From Escherichia coli (GTDB lineage: Bacteria; Pseudomonadota; Gammaproteobacteria; Enterobacterales; Enterobacteriaceae): DNA of 64,000 nt. Of this stretch, positions 60,979-64,000 are shown piece by piece (the stretch's first letter is position 1; the number at the start of each line of letters is the position of its first letter). The notes under the pieces were generated by a model. The model ran no database searches and was not told the origin of the DNA. It saw only the letters and a program-made list of their open reading frames with translations. Position numbers and translations under genes: made by a program. The stretch lies in assembly GCF_051903065.1 (NCBI RefSeq), contig NZ_CP178438.1; one strand, given 5' to 3'.

Positions 60979-61629
60979 TCAGCGGCTGTCATTGCGCAGT
61001 CTGCGCTCCAGCTGCTGTTTGTCTTTTTTCACGCCACAGCGGGGATCGAGCTGTAGCGCATGGTTGAGATGATTAAGGGCGAACGCCGGATTGTTTTCAC
61101 TCAGAACAGCGCCAATCGCTTTATGCAGACGCGCCCGTGACTGGTCCGGCATATCCATACCGTCTGTCAGCTCCAGCGTCTGCAGCAACAGATCGGCATC
61201 AAAGCCGGTGGCGGCAAGCATTGCGCTCTGGGCTGCATCTGCCATTTCCTCTGCCAGCACGGTCTGCACGTTGCGGTTACCCAACGGCATCACCCAGCCA
61301 TGACGCAGGGCGTGACGCCCGATCTCCAGCGCCCCGGCATAATCTCCGGCATCAATGCGCCACAGCATCACGTACATCAGCACGTCATCCTGCTGTACGC
61401 CTCCGGCAGTCAGGACACCCTCTGCCCAGGCGGCGTACTTCGGCAGCAGTTCCACCTTAATTTCCGCTTTTTTGACCGTGGACTGAACGCCCTTGAGACG
61501 GCGGCGGTCTTCCGCCAGTTGCAGCAGCATCAGGTCATAGCCCGACGCGTGGCGAACGCTGCCGCCCTCGCGGGCGGCCTGTTCAGCCTGAACGCGCAGG
61601 CGATGCTGCCGTGCGGGACTCAGGCTCAT
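60979..61629 (-). CDS. M: terminase small (endonuclease) subunit M (P2 gpM-like)
   Basis: 216 aa; position between N and L. Confidence 0.78.
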   Translation of the reverse strand: MSLSPARQHRLRVQAEQAAREGGSVRHASGYDLMLLQLAEDRRRLKGVQSTVKKAEIKVELLPKYAAWAEGVLTAGGVQQDDVLMYVMLWRIDAGDYAGALEIGRHALRHGWVMPLGNRNVQTVLAEEMADAAQSAMLAATGFDADLLLQTLELTDGMDMPDQSRARLHKAIGAVLSENNPAFALNHLNHALQLDPRCGVKKDKQQLERRLRNDSR

Positions 61630-61632
61630 GGG

Positions 61633-62691
61633 TTACGCTCCGGCTTCTGCTGCAGCGGCGCTGAAATCGCCAATCTGGATGTTTTCCACCAGTGCGGCGC
61701 AGCGGTAATCCTCAACCACATAGGCTTCGTTAACGGATTCAAAGTTTTCAATCCGGTCACGTTTCGGGTTGTCGATAACTGAACGGCGGCGGGTGTCTTC
61801 CTGCCAGTAGATGGACAGGTTATCCAGACGGGTGATCAGCAGCGCATTCGGCGGGAAGAACGGCGCACGCACGGCCTGCAGGCCACCCATGCGTTTCTGG
61901 CTGATGATCATATCGGCAGCCAGTTTTTCACTGTTTTCCTGCTCTTTGTTGACCAGCGGGAAATACTTGTCAGACAGCAGTTCACGACCGCAAATCACCA
62001 CCAGATCGTCATCGTCCTGGTAGACCACGTCGATAAGCTCATTGACGGCATCCATCACCACGGCGTCCAGGTTGGCATATTCGCCACCTTTACCGACTTT
62101 CACCGCACCCGGTGTGGTTTCACCGCCCGTGGTGGTGCTGCCCATGACGTGATCCGGTGCATCTTCACGGATTTTCTGCAGCCAGCCTTTGTTCACATCC
62201 TGCAGCAGCGGGCTTTCGCTACGGTTGGAGGTTTTCGCACGCTTCACGCCGTTAAAGCCGATCATGATGCGGTCCAGTGCCTGACGTTTTACGATGGCGT
62301 CACGGATACGCACCTGGAAATCCTGAAACTTCGCCCACAGGTCCAGCTTCGCGTAGGTCAGCACCGTGTCAAAGTTAGTCTGCTCGCATTTATATTCCAC
62401 ATCGACCATCAGCGTCGGATCGACAGGCTCACGCTCTTTAGCTGTGGTATCAGTGGTTCCGGCAATGGTGCTGCCAACACCCAGCCCCAGCAACTGACCA
62501 GACTGCTCAGTCACTGGCGTGACGTTAATCAGCGTCAGGAATGCGGCGGACTGCTGGATCTGATCTTCCAGCGTCTGCTGCACAGACGGCTCTACAGTGA
62601 ACTTGCTGGACAGTTCTTCAACGGCCACACCGTTCAGACGCGCCAGCTGCTGCAGGTAAGCGTTAAAAGCAAAGCGGGTATTCTTCTTCAT
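61633..62691 (-). CDS. N: major capsid protein N (P2 gpN-like)
   Basis: 352 aa; size and position. Confidence 0.85.
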   Translation of the reverse strand: MKKNTRFAFNAYLQQLARLNGVAVEELSSKFTVEPSVQQTLEDQIQQSAAFLTLINVTPVTEQSGQLLGLGVGSTIAGTTDTTAKEREPVDPTLMVDVEYKCEQTNFDTVLTYAKLDLWAKFQDFQVRIRDAIVKRQALDRIMIGFNGVKRAKTSNRSESPLLQDVNKGWLQKIREDAPDHVMGSTTTGGETTPGAVKVGKGGEYANLDAVVMDAVNELIDVVYQDDDDLVVICGRELLSDKYFPLVNKEQENSEKLAADMIISQKRMGGLQAVRAPFFPPNALLITRLDNLSIYWQEDTRRRSVIDNPKRDRIENFESVNEAYVVEDYRCAALVENIQIGDFSAAAAEAGA

Positions 62692-62707
62692 CGGGTTTTG
62701 TGCTCCA

Positions 62708-63541
62708 TCAGCAATTGGTCAGAGTGTCAGCGTGGGCGTTACCGCCTGTTGCACGCTGGCGGTAGTCCTGGCGGCTGTCTTCATGACTCAGCTTATTCAC
62801 CAGTTCGTTAAAGGCGGTCTGCTGTGCCTGCAGGGCAGTCTCCAGCTCAGACAGACGTTCTTCCTGCTCAGACAGGGATTTTTCGGTGCGTGCGCTCAGG
62901 TTTTGCTGCTCAGTGGCGACCAGCTCCACGGCCTTATGCACATCAGAGAACCGGGCATCGTCGGACTGCTCTTTTTTGGTGAACAGCGCCGTGACGCGGG
63001 CAAACAGGGACGGCTTGTCCTCCTGGATTTCTTCCAGTTCGATCACCGTTTCCTCTGCGGCGGTAAAGAGATTGGCGGGATTCTGCTTGCGGTTTGCCAG
63101 CGGGTTATGGGCTGCACTGGCGCTGAATGTCAGCATTTCAGTGCCCAGACTGGCAGGGTCATCAGTGGCAGCCAGGCCGACCAGGTAGGCTTTGCCCGTA
63201 TCAGCAAACTTCGGGCTGACTTCCATAGAGGTGAATAATTTCTGGCCTTTTTTCACCAGTTCCACCAGGGATTCCGTTGGCTCAACGTCGGCATACAGCG
63301 CCATCTTGCCTGCCAACGGACCTTCCGTGATTTCTTCAGCAAACAGCGCCGTCACCTTGCCGTAGCGGTTAAAGGTGCTGTCCGGCAGATAAGACTTGAT
63401 GTGCTCAAGGTTAATCAGCGCGGTATACACCGCCGGGTTGTAGCTGGCTGCCATCTGTTCCAGCCATTCACGCTGGATTTCGCGTCCGTCGGTGGTGGCA
63501 CCTTCCACCCCGATGCGAAAACGCTTTGCTTTCACTGTCAT
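62708..63541 (-). CDS. O: capsid scaffolding protein O (P2 gpO-like)
   Basis: 277 aa, coiled-coil acidic C-terminal part; first gene of the O-N-M-L operon. Confidence 0.82.
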   Translation of the reverse strand: MTVKAKRFRIGVEGATTDGREIQREWLEQMAASYNPAVYTALINLEHIKSYLPDSTFNRYGKVTALFAEEITEGPLAGKMALYADVEPTESLVELVKKGQKLFTSMEVSPKFADTGKAYLVGLAATDDPASLGTEMLTFSASAAHNPLANRKQNPANLFTAAEETVIELEEIQEDKPSLFARVTALFTKKEQSDDARFSDVHKAVELVATEQQNLSARTEKSLSEQEERLSELETALQAQQTAFNELVNKLSHEDSRQDYRQRATGGNAHADTLTNC

Positions 63542-63618
63542 GAGCCGTGCTCCGTTAGAAAAAACTTACTGGAGCCTTATGGTTGCGGTGATGGGGGCAG
63601 TGAAACAATGCGCGGTAT

Positions 63619-63636
63619 TTGTACCGACAACCACAC
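63619..63636. promoter_or_regulatory. Ogr-box-type dyad TGT-N12-ACA in the divergent O/P intergenic region
   Basis: TGTACCGACAACCACACA, about 86 bp from the O start and 55 bp from the P start. Confidence 0.5.
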
Positions 63637-63682
63637 AAACCGCAGGCGGGGAAAGCCTTCATTCAAGGCTGTAGGTTTGTGC

Positions 63683-64000
63683 CATGAACACCACACTGAC
63701 ACCCGCAGATCTCGATCCCCGTCGGCAGGCCATGCTGCTGTACTTTCAGGGATACCGCGTCGCCCGCATTGCTGAAATGCTAGGCGAGAAAGTTGCAACC
63801 GTTCACAGCTGGAAAAAACGCGACAAGTGGGGTGACTATGGGCCGCTGGATCAGATGCAGCTCACCACCGCCGCACGCTACTGCCAGCTCATTATGAAGG
63901 AGCACAAAGAAGGGAAAGATTTCAAAGAGATTGACCTGCTGGCGCGCCAGTCGGAGCGCCACGCGCGGATCGGCAAGTTTAACAATGGCGGCAACGAAGC
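63683..64000 (+). CDS. P: terminase ATPase subunit P (P2 gpP-like), N-terminal part; continues beyond window
   Basis: MNTTLTPADLDPRRQAMLLYFQGYRVARIAEMLGE...HSWKKRDKWGDYGPLD matches the gpP N-terminal pattern; no stop within window. Confidence 0.85.

Larger units (their letters stand above)
44499..64000 (-). mobile_element. P2-family (Fels-2-like) prophage, late-gene end, inserted at the 3' end of ssrA; extends beyond the window
   Basis: Contiguous P2 gene order ogr-D-U-T-E/E'-FII-FI-(invertase)-tail fibre-H-I-J-W-V-S-R-lysB-K-holin-X-L-M-N-O then divergent P; core chromosome ends at ssrA. Confidence 0.9.

Noticed and set aside
63677-63694. Second TGT-N12-ACA match overlapping the P start codon
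   Set aside because: Overlaps the start of the coding sequence it would have to activate; more likely chance. The dyad at 63619-63636 is the better late-promoter candidate.

Overview
The window splits into two parts. Positions 1-44498 are conserved Escherichia coli-type chromosome (nadB through ssrA, K-12-like gene order), including one complete rRNA operon on the minus strand (16S, tRNA-Glu, 23S, 5S; position matches rrnG between clpB and kgtP) and the pheL-pheA, tyrA-aroF, rpsP-rimM-trmD-rplS, yfiR-dgcN-yfiB, recN and ratAB loci. From the 3' end of the tmRNA gene ssrA (44498) to the window end lies one end of a P2-family (Fels-2-like) prophage, with the late genes ogr, D, U, T, E/E', FII, FI, H, I, J, W, V, S, R, lysB/lysC, endolysin, holin, X, L, M, N, O and the start of P. 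The integrase end is outside the window. Three things in the prophage stand out. First, an orphan 160-aa cargo gene sits between ssrA and ogr; its protein looks like a WYL-like N-terminal domain fused to a BRCT-like C-terminal domain, and I do not recognise it as a characterised phage or defence protein. Second, a serine DNA invertase with two hix/gix-like 26-bp sites flanks a ~1.5-kb invertible tail-fibre segment. Third, the lysis cassette looks like a pinholin plus SAR-endolysin type. TGT-N12-ACA Ogr-type dyads sit at the heads of the late operons, and the E/E' -1 frameshift site is present. All calls come from reading the sequence and ORF translations against remembered protein families; no searches were run.
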